Shown here in pieces: positions 25,897 through 39,316 of a stretch of 64,000 nt of DNA (position 1 is the first letter of the stretch; each line of letters starts with the position of its first letter). Made by a program: the position numbers and the translations under genes. The DNA comes from Rhizodiscina lignyota (Eukaryota), in contig ML978136.1 of NCBI GenBank assembly GCA_010015805.1, positions 558,001 to 622,000 of the forward strand. The letters run 5' to 3'. Under the pieces are notes generated by a model, which saw only the letters and a program-made list of their open reading frames with translations, ran no database searches and was not told the DNA's origin.

Positions 25897-27327
25897 ATGG
25901 CTCCTATGAGCTCAGAGAGCACCAGTAGCATTAATGACTCGTCCTCCCGGCCGCTCAACGTCGCCATTATCGGCGGCGGCATCGGCGGGCTGTCTCTACT
26001 CATCGGCCTCTTGCACAATGCAAATCTGAATGTAATCAAACCACACATCTATGAAGCTGCAGCGAAGTTCTCAGAAATTGGTGCCGGAGTGGGCTTTGGA
26101 CCGAATGCTATCGAGTCAATGCGTGTCGTCTCGCCGGAGTTTCAACAACGATTCTTCGCCATGGCCACCGATGCAGACCCTGAAGTCGTTAATGGCGTCG
26201 AGGTCCCGGTCTGGAATGAGATGAGGATGGGTATGGATGGCAAGAGTGAGAAATGCCCGTTGAAAGCTGGGGATGTGATCACGAAAGTTTGCTTCAGTGC
26301 ATGGAAGAAGAATGTACATCGTGCACACTTTCTTGACGAGATGGTTTCAATGCTGCCTGGCGGAACTGGAGAGGGCTTCGTTACTTTTGGGAAGAGATGT
26401 ACTGACATCCAAGATGGTGAAGGGGGAAAAGGAGTCGTAATAAAATTTGCAGACGGGATGGAGGCGGAGGCTGATGCGGTAATAGGCTGCGACGGAGTCA
26501 AATCAAGAGTCAGACCAATTCTGTTGAGGAAAATTGGCGATGAGGAAGGAATCAACCCGCGATTCTCTGGCAAATATGCATATCGCGGCTTGATCCCGAT
26601 CGATGAGGCAGTCGCTACAATCGGAGATGTCGCGAAGCGGAGCCATATGTGGTATGGATATGATGGTCATTTTGTATGTTTTCCAGTTGACCGAGGGAAA
26701 GTGCTAAATGTAGTCGGATTTCGGACAAAGTTCGACGGGAAGTGGGAATCGCAGGACTGGGTGCTACCAGCAACGGTTGAAGAAGCACTGGAAGACTTCG
26801 TGGACTGGCCTGACAACATCAGGAAGATGGTGCAGTCGCTGCAAAAGCCGGATAAGTGGATGTTGTTCGAGCATCCTCCAGCGAAATCATACTGTGATGA
26901 AGCAGGCAAAATCTGTCTTCTCGGCGATTGTGCTCATGCAAGGTGAGACTCAAAGCCTCGGCAAAATTTGAGAAGACCTGACCGTGTCGACAGTACTCCA
27001 CATCATGGTGCCGGAGCGGGTATGGCTATAGAAGACTCTGCTGTGCTGAGTAGATTACTTGGTGCTCTTGAACAACCAGATCCTCGAGCTCTTGCCGCAG
27101 CGTTCAGGTCATACGATACGGCACGACGGGTACGAACCCAAAAGCTTGTAACAACTAGCAGGGATGCAGCTTTGCTGTACGAATTTCAGACGCCAGGCAT
27201 ACTTGATGATATAGAGAAAGTCAGAAAGAACGTGCAGGAGAGGCTGAGATGGATTTGGGACCTAGATGTCGAACAACATTGTATGGAAGCTGTGAACAGG
27301 CTGAAAGAAGAAGTCAAGTTACTGTGA
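25897..27327 (+). CDS. FAD-dependent monooxygenase, salicylate hydroxylase-like, 2 exons
   Basis: IIGGGIGG, EIGAGV, GCDGVKSRVR, and LLGDCAHA|STPHHGAGAGMAIED joined across an intron at ~26942-26993. Confidence 0.9.
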
Positions 27328-28044
27328 TGGTTGCTGGATACTGCAGAACAGGCCAGGGATCAGAAGAGATTTTCCAATCGCCTCGCTTGGCTGTGAACCA
27401 GTTGATAGTTCCCAACGGGTGTGGCTCCAGCGGACTTGACTCATATCCTTAAGCTGCCTTCACCTTGCTGGTTCTCAGGGCGCGCATAACCCACTTTTCT
27501 ACACTGTCTAGTAAGATGAGGATCTCAAATCTGTTCACTATTAAAGATTGCATAAATAGAAGCATGGCGAAAATGAAACCGGCCAGTTATTTGCATAGAA
27601 GCAGATGTCATTTGATGTCGCCGGTCTCTGGATAAGACTAAGCTAGAATAGGAATCGCTTACGTTACGGTACCTAGCTAGCTCCAACCCGCCCCTGTCAT
27701 CCATGCACGCCATGCAATACCAACGTCACCCATCGTGCCTTGATTCTGCTGCTTCCAATCCGAGTGCGAATTGTTCGCACATATACGCCAAATCCACTGT
27801 CTTTCGTGCAATGACGTGCGGACGAGTCCATTTACGGCTCAACGCCTGGCTTACGAGCGAGCCATGCGCTAAGTGACTGGGTTTCGCATATATGTGAATT
27901 AACCATCAGGTCCAAAGTATTCCATCTGTTGATCTACTTTGTCTCACTATTTACTTTTCTGTTGCTTTGGGTATTTTATAGATTCTATTCGTTTTGAACC
28001 ATAGACCGCGCGACTATTAGCTAGAACATTGACGTTCTACAACA

Positions 28045-29751
28045 ATGGGGGAGAAAGGTCGGTATATCCCTTGCACATAAGTACGCCATTTCTCTTACGA
28101 ATGGGATCGCAGACACCGAACCCAGTCCCCCTAACTCCGTCCTTCTGCAAGCTTTCGAATGGAACGTGCCTCCGGATAACGCGCACTATACGCGCCTCGC
28201 GACCGCCCTACCCTCGCTCGGCTCAATCGGTATCACTGCACTATGGCTGCCTCCCGGCTGCAAGGCTGCCAGCCCTGAGGGCAACGGTTACGATATCTAC
28301 GACCTGTACGACCTCGGTGAATTCGAGCAGAAGGGGGCGCGGGCAACGAAATGGGGCAGCTTGGAGGACCTGTTCACACTGAAGGACAAGGCCGACGAGT
28401 GTGGCGTCGCGCTGTATTGGGATGCGGTGCTTAACCACAAGGCAGGAGCGGACAACACTGAGCGGTGCCGCATCGTCGAGGTAGATTCCGACGACAGGAC
28501 CAAGGAGGTCAGTGAGCCGTATGAAATCGACGCATGGTTAGGCTTTGACTTTCCGGGGCGCGGAGAGAAGTATAGCTCGCAAAAGTACCATTGGTATCAT
28601 TTCTCGGGGACAGATTACAACAACGAGAACGGGAGAAAGGCGATCTACAAGATTCTGGGTGACAACAAGGACTGGAGTTCCAGCGTGGATAAGGAACAGG
28701 GCAATGCGGATTACATGATGTTTGCGGACATCGACTACTCGCATCCCGAGACACAACAAGATGTTAAGGACTGGGGAGTTTGGATCACGAAGAAGTTGGG
28801 GTTGAAAGGCTTCAGATTGGATGCTGTTCAACATTTCTCGGAGAGATTCACATCCGAGTGGGTAGACTTGGTGCGGAAAGAATGTTCAGAAGATATTTTC
28901 TTCGTCGGTGAATTTTGGGATGGGAATAGACAGTCCCTCATGGATTGGCTGGATAAAATGGGGAGGACGTTTAGTCTCTACGACGCGCCACTTCTGAACA
29001 ACTTTAGCAGCATTTCGACGGCCGAGAAAGCCGACTTGAGGAAGGTATTTGATGGTAGTTTGGTGCAACAGGAGCCCGTGAATGCAGTGACGGTGGTCAT
29101 GAACCACGATACGCAGTATGAACTCCTGTGCCTCAATCTCAAAGCTTTGCGAGATACTGATGGAAACGCAGGCCTGGCCAAACCGTGGAAACGCCGGTCG
29201 AGGGCTTCTTCAAGCCCTTGGCATATTCGCTTATCCTCCTGCGGCAGGAAGGATATCCATCCGTTTTCTACGGCGACCTGTATGGCACGCAAGGCAAGCA
29301 TGCCGAGCCGCCTTCATGCGGTGGCAAACTTGCAGATATAATCCTCGCGCGCTCGCTTTATGCCTTCGGCGAGCAGGACAACTATTTTGACGAGGCAAAT
29401 TGCATAGGCTGGGTACGCCGGGGGACGCACGATAGGCCATCCGGTCTGGCTTGCGTGATGAGCAATGCAGACCCGGGCCAGAAAAAGATGGTCGTGGGTA
29501 AAGAACACAAGGGAGAGATATGGACTGACGTGCTTGGCTGGGAGACGGGAGAGGTAGAGATTGATGATGAAGGGTGAGACTGGTCTTCCAAAAATTTGCT
29601 TGTCTGGTAGAGTGACAGTGCTAACTCTATCATATCCAGATGCGGACTGTTCCCATGCCCTGGGGTGTCGGTCAGTATCTGGGTAAACAAAACCGCCGAC
29701 GGTCGCGACAGATTTCCCGTAAACTTTGATAGTGACATCTATGCCAAGTAG
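28045..29751 (+). CDS. Intracellular GH13_5 (bacterial liquefying-type) alpha-amylase, multi-exon
   Basis: LLQAFEW, GYDIYDLYDLGEFEQKG, DAVLNHK, GFRLDAVQH, VGEFW, VMNHDTQ and EGYPSVFYGDLYG. No signal peptide. Confidence 0.92.
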
Positions 29752-31497
29752 TAAGGTCTGCTGGATTAGGATCTGCTTTAATAAAGGATGTTTGGAGACT
29801 GTTGATGGAATGCGCAGCGTCTCTTAGTTTTGTCGTATGACGGTTGATAAAGGCGCTATATATAGAGATTCGTGACGAACGGAATAGACTTAAGATCCCA
29901 TTTGAATCTCTAGTCTCATCTGGATTACTTTACCAAACCAGGCAATGATCCTGTCTCAGAGCTGGAGGACAACCAAGTTTGAACGGGTGTTCTACTAGTA
30001 ACTGAACCCAGGTGCCCCATAGAGCTAGTCTCTACTCTGAGGTGGGAGTAGCATAGCAGGTACTGAGAACCCCATTTTGCTGTGAGAAGCTGCGCATGCA
30101 ACACGAAGTGAGCAATGCACTTTGGATGGAGTGAGAGGGCCTTGGCGAACAGGCAGACAAGCACGATAAGCCAAAAGGACAGCATAGAAGATACACGGAG
30201 CTTCTGACACGATAGCAATAAGCTTCGAGCATTCACCGCCTTCACAGCCACAAGCCAGGGGCTTCGTCTCCCTGTTTGTATTTCTTGTACGGAGTAGCAA
30301 GATTCTTCCGAGAGCGAGGATCTTAGGGCAGAGTGGGTATAGTACGATCTAATTGGGAATAGTGCGAACGGCAGGACGGGAGACGGGATTCCAAATTGCA
30401 CATGCGCTCGAAATGACCTTGACGCGTCGACGCATCTCGACGATTATGGCGAGACTGGCCAGAAAGAGCAATGGTGAAGCTATTCAGCCGCACAGCTGCA
30501 ACCACTCTTGACACGCCTTGGCCTCGGTCCTCCTGCTTTCCCCCTCTCTCGCCTAAGCTTGACGAGTGCTGGCTCCAATTCGTGCAGCAAGCCGACTGGC
30601 CTCGACCTCAAAGACCAAATCATCCCTTGCCAACATGATCTTTGCGATGCCGTATTCTGAAAAGCCATATCCAGCGGACCGATGCCAACCTGGATACGGG
30701 TCGTATCTCAGCCTCACCTGATGGCGAACCTACAGATAAGGCGCATGCGCTTCAACGCCAGTGAAGCTTCGCTTAGAGGGCTGAAAAGCTTGACTATACT
30801 ACGACCGTTCGCAGCCCAAGCCATTGGCCAGGAAAGCAGCGCTGCATGCTGCCTTACAGCCACGGGGCTCCTCTAACCCTTCCCTTATGTCGCTTCTGAT
30901 GCAGTTGATCTAAATGCATACATTTTTGAATGCAATAGGACGTCATGTACCTTGGGCCTGCTTGAGGACGGCAACCGCTGAGAGCGGTCAAGAGTCGAGA
31001 CCCGGCTCATGAACTGCTTGAAGCTGGAGCACTTGGAGGAAATGCTAACTCATGATAGGAAGACACATTTCGAGCCGTTCCTTATCTGTCGACAGCGGAA
31101 CATCAAGGTAGCCACTACAATGGCGCATACCACTCATTGAGCTATGATGTGGCGCAATCTAGGCATCCCAATTGCCTCGTTTGAATGTCTTGGAAGACGC
31201 CGTCAATTCTTCGTACACGCCCATTCTGAAAATCTGAGGCGGCGGCTGCTCTCAAATGGCCTTCAGACATCCTAGTTTTCTTCGTAGATTTCAGCCTTTC
31301 AATCCAGCTCAGTTTTTGTCTTCAGCTCTTCTATCAACGAGGTGCATTGACTTGTTCTTTTGTCTGAGTGCGTTGCACGATATAAGTATAGTCTTAGGAA
31401 CGAAGCTAATCTCATGATCTTGCAATAACCTATCACTTTCAAATACTCTCAATTCCACTATACCCTGAAGTGTCTTTCTGACAGTCATCGTTTGACA

Positions 31498-34400
31498 ATG
31501 GCCACAGACACGGTACCGCAGACTGGGATACCGCAGACTGGTGTGTCAAGGGTATACGCCGGAATTGGTCCACTCTACCGTATCGCCAATACATCGGAGA
31601 ACAACAACATGCAGGACCAAGTTCATGCGTTCTGTACTGCGATGCAGTCAGTTCCTGTGATTGATGATGGAGCGTACGCGGATAAACTCATACAGGCCGT
31701 GAAGAATTCAACACCTGTAACTGCAATCTCCAAGTATTTCAACGACGTGCAAGACGTCGGACAGACGGATAACAAATTCGATGGCATTGATTGTGGTTCA
31801 ACCATAAACGATTTGGCAGTAGCGAGCACGGCATATGCCCTTTCCGGCGTCACGGACTACAACTTCAATAACGGAATCGACGGGGTAAGGCAGTCCTTTG
31901 ATGGAGCTGCAACACTTGCTAAATTCCTACAGCCCGGTGCACTAGATATGCTGAAGCGCTGCATCACTACGTTGATGCCCGCCATGTACGGCGATCACAT
32001 CAATCAGTGAGTCAGGGCGGTTAGAAATTTGCACCATCGGCTAACTGTAGCAGGCAGCTGGCAAAACTCGGGCAATCAGATCTTCGGGCTTTATCTTCCT
32101 CGCCTAGCTCTGATTTCATAAACGCATATCAGTCAGAGCTGGAGAATCCCAGTGAGCTCTAACGCCGTTGGAAATATAACTTGCACTCACGTTGAAAAGC
32201 ATTCGCCCATTTGGTGAAAATCTATGACGACGCACACAATGGAGGCAATTACGCCCTGAATCTCCTCTTCGCAAACGCGTATCTTCACTATGGCCCTGGA
32301 TTTACAATGTCTTCGAACGTCGATCTAGTGGTTTCTGAGGTCACTCATTGGACCGATATCATCAACAACTGGGTCGAGCAGATGCACGAAGACCAGCAAA
32401 GCCTTCAGGCCGCCAGACCCAATGCTCTGCCGCAGGAATTCGTCCCTCACATCTCATCGGTGTGCGGGCTGAACGGCTACCCAGACGCGCAGGCAACCGA
32501 CCTTGTGACCGCAGTGAGTCAACAGATCCATCCAGAGCTGGATGAATGGAAACTGGGACAAGAGATTCAATATTACCAGACACTGGGGCAGAAGATCATG
32601 GGGGGTTGGGAAGGGAAGAACCAATCGTTCGTGAATGTAGCGAGTACGTCCGTCCAAGCGAATTGGCCCAGTTCCGTCCCACCCTTCGATGAGGCCGACA
32701 ACCCCGGAACGAGTGTCATTAAGACAATGTATCATTATGGTGACGATGCGATGGCATTCGTCAATGCGAACAGGTCTTATAGCTTCCTCGCCAACGAACA
32801 ATCCGGTGACAGAACGAACGTGGTAACTCAGAACGTGGGCATTTTTGGCTCATGTTTCAAGCCTGGCACCAAGGTCCTGACCATTGGAGGAGAGGTCAAC
32901 ATCGAGGACCTGTACGAGAATCTGGAGATTCTCACACGAGGCGGCGACGTGCCTCAGATTGGGATATGTTCCGACGAAAAGGTCATGGTTTCGACGGCTA
33001 GCAGTACAGGGAGCCCCACACATCTCTTCGGATTTAATGATGAATCTCCCTTCTTCACCGCTGGCCATGTGTTCCACACGACTACCGGACTGAGAGCGAT
33101 CTCTCCGCACATAGCAAGAATGGAAAACCCTTGGGTTCAAGTGGGAGAGCTAAGGAAAGGACACACACTTCTACGAACCACCAATGGCAAGACCTATGAG
33201 CAAATTACAATAAGGGCATTCACTGTGTCCCAGGCAGACTGTGACCATGTCTACGGAGTGCATCTTCGCGAAGGCATGCGCAGTTATCACGCCAACGGGT
33301 TCTTGGTTCACCTGAACTACCCTGAGATCACCTTGAAGAGTATCTCAAGGACTTTGCTCACGATACCGTCGAAGGAGAGAATGGGCATGCTATCATGTGT
33401 GCACAATCTCAAGCCATTGTTCGAGCGATTCGGCATCGAAGCGATCTCAGACCTTGTAAACCGCGAGCTCGCTCATCTCAGCACCCTTCCTCCAGCGGCG
33501 CTGAAAACCAGACCTCAGATTTCGAAAACTGGAGGTCTACAGCATGTCACGCGATCTTGGGCGCTGAGGGACACGCGATCGAAACGCGCGGATGGCTTCA
33601 AAGGAGATTTACCAGAGCTTGACGTCTATCAAGGCGTGGTGTACGTCGAATCGAAATACTGCCCAAATGCTCAGATCAAAGAAAACACAATCATCTGGAG
33701 TCGCGATGTTGCCAACGGGACCTGGGAGCATGGATTTGTCAAGTTCGAGAGAGATCTCCTGTTGGGGCATGGCGCAGTTACGTACGGAACAGAAGATGCA
33801 TCCCCCAATGTGCGACATATCGCGAACGTCAGGCGATTCATCGCTGAGCCAAGAGCACGGCGGCCACCTAAGCCCTTGAAGCAGAAGGCGCAAAGTTTCG
33901 CTTCAATCAAGGCTGCCACCAATTCGAAGGAACGCGCAGCACATGTCGCTAGTGCTATCGAACAACTTGACAAGCCGGCTACCACCAGTGGCAATGGGCA
34001 TGCGAAGCCTGTAGTCAAGGTTACGGAGCCTCAGCAGCCAAGTTCTTCTGACCCTCAAAGGGCCGCAACTTCACCTAGCGACGACGATAACGACGACAGC
34101 ACAGCATCCTTCACCCTCATGGACCCGTATAATCTTTCTTACGATACAAGTGATTGGGTTGACGGCCAGGCAACAGCGAAGACGCCTGCAGCTTATCTTC
34201 AAATCTACACTGCGAACGAAAATACGTCACAGCATTTCACATGCAGGATTCCCGATCTCGACACTTTGAGGGACAAAGTATGTGAGAAGCTGCAATCCGA
34301 TCAGAGTATCAAATTGGAAACTGTACCAAACCTGTATGATTGCTTCAACCTCGTGAACGACGACCAGACGGCCAGCTTCTACTTCACTATGAAGTACGCT

Positions 34401-37400
34401 AGCATCATAGCTTCTGCTGCGGACAACTATGATGACAAGAACCCAAAGTATTCGAATCTCACATTCAAGAACCTTGGACTCGACCTGCAGCTTCCGTTCA
34501 TCTTTTCTTCCATGCGCCTTACGCTGAACTGGGATGGTTCGGCGATGAGTGGAATCATTCGGGAGTTTGATCCCACGATGCTGGACGATGATGGGAAGAG
34601 GCATTTTGTGCAAGGCTCCGTTGCCGACGAGGACGTTCCCGCGGAAGTCGTTCGTGCCTTCGTCTCCAAGAACACGGTTGGAAACCAACCAGAAGCTCCG
34701 CTGGCATTGAAGAATTCTGCTCATCTTCCGCCAAAGGCGCCCGCCGTTGCCATGGTGGAGACTGCCGCAAACAGCCTTCCCGACAACTACTCGGATGGCG
34801 CGAAGGAGCTGTCTACTCTTCCGCTTGATAATTCTCAGCTTTCGCAAGATTCGAACTTTTTGCTGTATCTTGCTGCTAAATTCCAAATGAAAGTTGACGA
34901 CCTCAAGACCTTCACTGACGGTGTTAGGCCAATCGAAGGCATGACCAAGGGCCAGCTTCCCGCGGAGCTTGCATCGAATCTCCCTGGTAATCTCGCGACC
35001 TGGCTTCAGGAGGAATACATTCCAGCTTTTATCTCGACGAAAATTATCTCACTAGATCCTTCGGTAAAAGCTGCCTGGAGAATCAACTTTAGCGACATAG
35101 AAACAGGGAAAGTCACCCACTGGTTCAACGGCAAGGGCAAGGGTTGTCTCAGTCAGGTTCCGGAATATACGCAACTGAATGAACTGATGTCGACGTATGC
35201 CACACTTCAAGAGTTCCCACGCATTCAGGACTACCTGAGCGACACAGAACCTGACCCTGTAACCAAAAAAGTTGGTGGCGAGAAGTGGGCTGAGGCTCTA
35301 TACAACTCCCAAGGGAGGAGCTTTGCTCTTGCAGCGATGGCAAATACTACCAATGTTTCAGTAAGTATACTTCCGGAGGTTTATGTATCAGTGACTCATT
35401 GCGATCTAGGGCACGTCAAGAATGCAAGTCATTTGCAACGGTATGTTCGATTCTCTAAACTTCCGGTTAGCATGAAAGGGGGCTAACTAAAGACAGTGTT
35501 GAATACCTTGTCACCAATATATGCAAAGTCGATACAGACTTCACAGACCGCTACTGGTGAAAACAAGGCAGTGACACCGACCGTAAGTTTGTACACTGCG
35601 GTAGCGAGTATTGTTTAACATCAACAGAATCTCCTTCCTAACGATGATAAGCCATACGCCCTGCGTATTGTCGAGGCATTGAAAGCATACAAAGCATCGG
35701 GCTTCCATGCGAGATACATTGGCCTCCAAGACGATACTAACTCCGAGCTCGAGTATCAGTTCTTGAACGACTCGGTGCAAAGCCTCTGGACTGAGCTCCT
35801 ATCGACCGCACCTGGAACGCTTGGAGGAGACCTTGCAAACAGTCTGCAGCAAGATGCTCAAGATTTGGTGACAGAGATGGGCGTCGACGAAAATGAATCA
35901 GCTGCCAATAAGGCGTAAGTAGCTCCCTCCCAGCAAAAGCGAGTGGCACAGATTTCTCAGGCTGCGTTCTTAGTGCGACGATGGCGGCTATTGCCTCAAA
36001 TCTCATTAGAGGGATTGCAGAGGCCTCAAAAGTCATCGGTCCCGCAGTCAAGGGCTTAGCGAAATCATTTCAAGCCGTCCAAACGGCTCTGGATAAGCTG
36101 GAACCCAAAATGGCCAAGATTGGGAAAATTATGGGGCCATGTATGGTCGTTCTAACGGTAGGTCAGCTTTGAATGACACGGAAATCCACACATTCAGCTA
36201 ATGTTTATGCGAAGGCGGCAATGTTTGTATACGCTGCAGTTGGCGCATATCGAGACTGGAGCAATTTGACTCCCACTGAGCGAGCTGTGCTTATTCTCTC
36301 CACGATTCAAACGACCCTACAAACCTTTCAGGATGGGGCAGAAGCTCTGAAGCCTGCCTGGAAGTGGCTGTTCCCAGACAAAGCCCCAGATGTCAGCATT
36401 GCACAGCGAGATGCCTCTTGCGCATCCGCCGAGGAAAATACCCAAACTCGACTGCCGGAAGTTTCTCAGAACTCTCGAAATATTGGCTTACTTACCGATG
36501 AAGAGCTTAATGACAACGCTTCCGCTCTTCCTGGCGGCATTGCCGATGATGAGGCGATGGCTAATCAAGTTGGTGATGACATGGTAGGGGCTGTTGATGG
36601 CGCTGTTAAAGACGGCGTCGAAGTCGCTATTGGCGAAGCAAGTGTGGAGGTGGCCGGATCCATAACGTCAAAGCTCAGCACCATGTTCGCATATTCCACA
36701 CAGGCTGTGAAAGGCCTTCTAGTGGTAGTGGGAGTTGCGGTGACGATTGCAAGTGCTATCAGTCTCGCCCAAAATTGGTCGGACATGGACACCATAGAGC
36801 GCCGGCTCAACATCGCCAACGTGGCAGTGATGGGTATTGCTGCTGTTGCTCCAATACTGTCCGCTGCAATCGAAGCCGGTTGCGTGGCGGCCGGAATAGC
36901 AATTACAGAAGGAACTGTTGCTGCGGGACTGATAGCTGCTTGCTCCTGGGCCGGTCCCCTAATGCTAATTGCGGGTGTAGTGATCGCTTTCCTCATGATG
37001 TTCCACCAGTCCTCGCCAGACCCACCGCCATCTGCACCAGAACAGTGGATACAGGATGTTGGACAGGGATACACCGATGGACTTACGCCGCCTCCAACAT
37101 CGCAATTAACGTGGACTCTAGGTCCTCTGCAAGAACAAGCAACTGTGCAGACGCTTACTGTCACTGGAAAGAACACATCCAGCGACAAAATCACACTGGC
37201 AGACATCGAGATTAAATTCCCAGCGGGCGGCTCGCCGGGCATGCTCTACTCGGAAATGACATTTGCTGCGACCTCCAGCGGCACCGCCGCAACCACTCCT
37301 GGACAAGTCAGTGTAAGCAACACCACAGCAGAGACTCCGGATGTGCAGCTTGCCACCACCAGCGAAGTGGTGGGTAGTGTTGCAGGTACGGCGGCGATAA

Positions 37401-37654
37401 CATGGCTTGCCAAGCTCGTGGGCCCGCAGCCTCCAAATGTAGACAACGACCCGAATAAAGAGCAGCCTCGCGACCTTCTAGTATTCAATCCGGGAGAGCA
37501 GATTCAACTTTCCATAGTTGGAACTGTGGAAGTAAGGGTGCAAGGGCACGATGGGCCATCGATTACGCTTCACGAGGATTGGGTCGACGATAAGAACAAT
37601 CCGTGGGATCAGTGGGAGAATGTGGTGCCGGTATGGGCTCCGACCACGTCGTGA
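31498..37654 (+). CDS. ~1,930-aa protein with an internal Hint (hedgehog/intein) domain and a C-terminal hydrophobic toxin-like region, 8 exons
   Basis: Exons 31498-32006, 32054-32151, 32200-35360, 35410-35440, 35497-35582, 35628-35914, 35974-36157 and 36215-37654 join in frame with GT-AG introns (5796 nt in total). Hint motifs CFKPGTKV, FTAGHVF and YHANGFLVHLN. Confidence 0.82.
32853..33317 (+). other. Hint (intein-like) autoprocessing domain, 155 aa, no homing endonuclease
   Basis: Block A S|CFKPGTKVLTIGG, block B TxxH (FFTAGHVF), blocks F/G VYGVHLREGMRSYHANGFLVHLN|Y. Confidence 0.85.
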
Positions 37655-38022
37655 TGCTGTAAGCTTCTGGTTACGGCAGTCAGTCCTGAGGATGTTTGAT
37701 CACCTTTCCGAATTACGCTTCGCAAGCCATGTACTTATCGTTTCTTTTCTTATTTTCCTTCATTAGGTATCTATTTTGTCTGTTGGTTAACTCGTCGATA
37801 CTACTAATCTAATCTTCTGTCTCTGTTCTGCACTGGCCATGAATTACATCACATGCTGCTGCCCATTATGAGCGCTCTAGTATAGCTTCAACGCTAGTTT
37901 TCTAAACCATATTTACAAACTGTATTGTATTGTTCGTTCATAATCACGACAAATAAGGCGGAGCCTACTTGGCGGAATTCGGAGGTTATTACTGTATATG
38001 GTAATAAAACTAGAAATATAGA

Positions 38023-38310
38023 TAACGTTTTTCTCTGTGTGCCGGCTAGCACCCCGTGCCGGCTAGATTAAGAGGTACCTGACATTAAATCAATTCGGAA
38101 TTTGTATATGCCTCGAAAATTCCCGCGCTTTTATATAGACTGTGTATAGTAATTACTCCAGAGTATTTAATACGTCTTCCGGCCTAAAGATTATGATTAC
38201 GTCGTCGCCTTCGCGCTAGGCTTATAGAGAGCCTCTTTTAATAGCATAGCCTATATTCTATACCTTAGTACTACTATTATCTTTTTACTATTATTAAAAC
38301 TTATAAATCT
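38023..38310. mobile_element. RIP-degraded DNA transposon relic (pogo/Fot1-like terminus)
   Basis: Begins TA|ACGT, followed by an 11-bp direct repeat gtgccggctag (38039-38049, 38056-38066). The sequence after it is AT- and TpA-rich with no ORF. Confidence 0.5.
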
Positions 38311-39316
38311 GTTACGATCATGGATGGAACACGGGACTTCAGGGTTAGGGTTGATCAATGTGAGCAGGAGGCTGTGATCACGGGGTGAGCAGTTCTGTAA
38401 ACTGGTATATAGGAAGCAACTTGTCGCTTCGTTTGACAAGTTGCGTTTAATTTCTTAATCAATCAATCCATATACTGCTACTTGCACTACCCTTTCGGCT
38501 TAGCCTCATTTCATAACAAGATCTCACACGTGACCTAGACGCACAGGAGTTGCTGTGGTCATAACAAAATCGCTCTTATACGAACCTTAGACTCTTCTAA
38601 GACTATTAATAAAGTAAGACCAACCTTATAGCTCTTATATAGCGCATATTCATACGCTATTAGCATACTAGTTAGTTACCTCCAATCAAAATGTTAATAC
38701 GCCGAAACAACCCCGTACGCCGCACGTGAGGACTGAAACGATACTGACTATTATGTAATGACTTAGCGTCTAGTAGACTACAACAGAAAGATAGCCAAAA
38801 CCATGGGAAGTTAAGTGACCCATAAGCAACCAAAAACAACAAACGTCTTGGCATATCCTTGCGTCACAGCAGTCCCGTAGCTTGTCGAATCTTGCGGCTG
38901 AAGTGTAGCGAGAAAGGCCGACGCCGTTTCTGATAGTCTTAGCGGGGCGGGAACAACCTCTGTTTCCGCCCGATCGAGGATTTCTTGAGGACGCACCCTC
39001 GGGCTAGCCACCAGCTGGACATTCACCAACAAGGATTCATCTCATATATCAACGACAGAGAATACGCTATTGTCTTATCCGTGGACGTTCGATTGCTTTC
39101 AGTGTAACTATAGCTGTTGTTGCAACTGCGGGCAAATTCCCCGGCTTCTATTGCCAACCAACTCTGACTGATCTTCAAGCCTCGGCTGACACGTAAGTCA
39201 ATATGGAACCTCAAAGTGTCAGCTATCTCGTTGTTGCGAAGCTGATGATGTAAAGGTATAATTCCCTCGTTAACAGCAAAGAGCTGCAATCGGAAATATC
39301 TGCTGCCTACGTGACG

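Noticed and set aside
32853..33317. Classical mobile intein
   Set aside because: No homing endonuclease, +1 residue is Tyr, and the host is not a conserved housekeeping protein.
38341..38352. Telomere-like agggttagggtt
   Set aside because: Only two units; compatible with chance.
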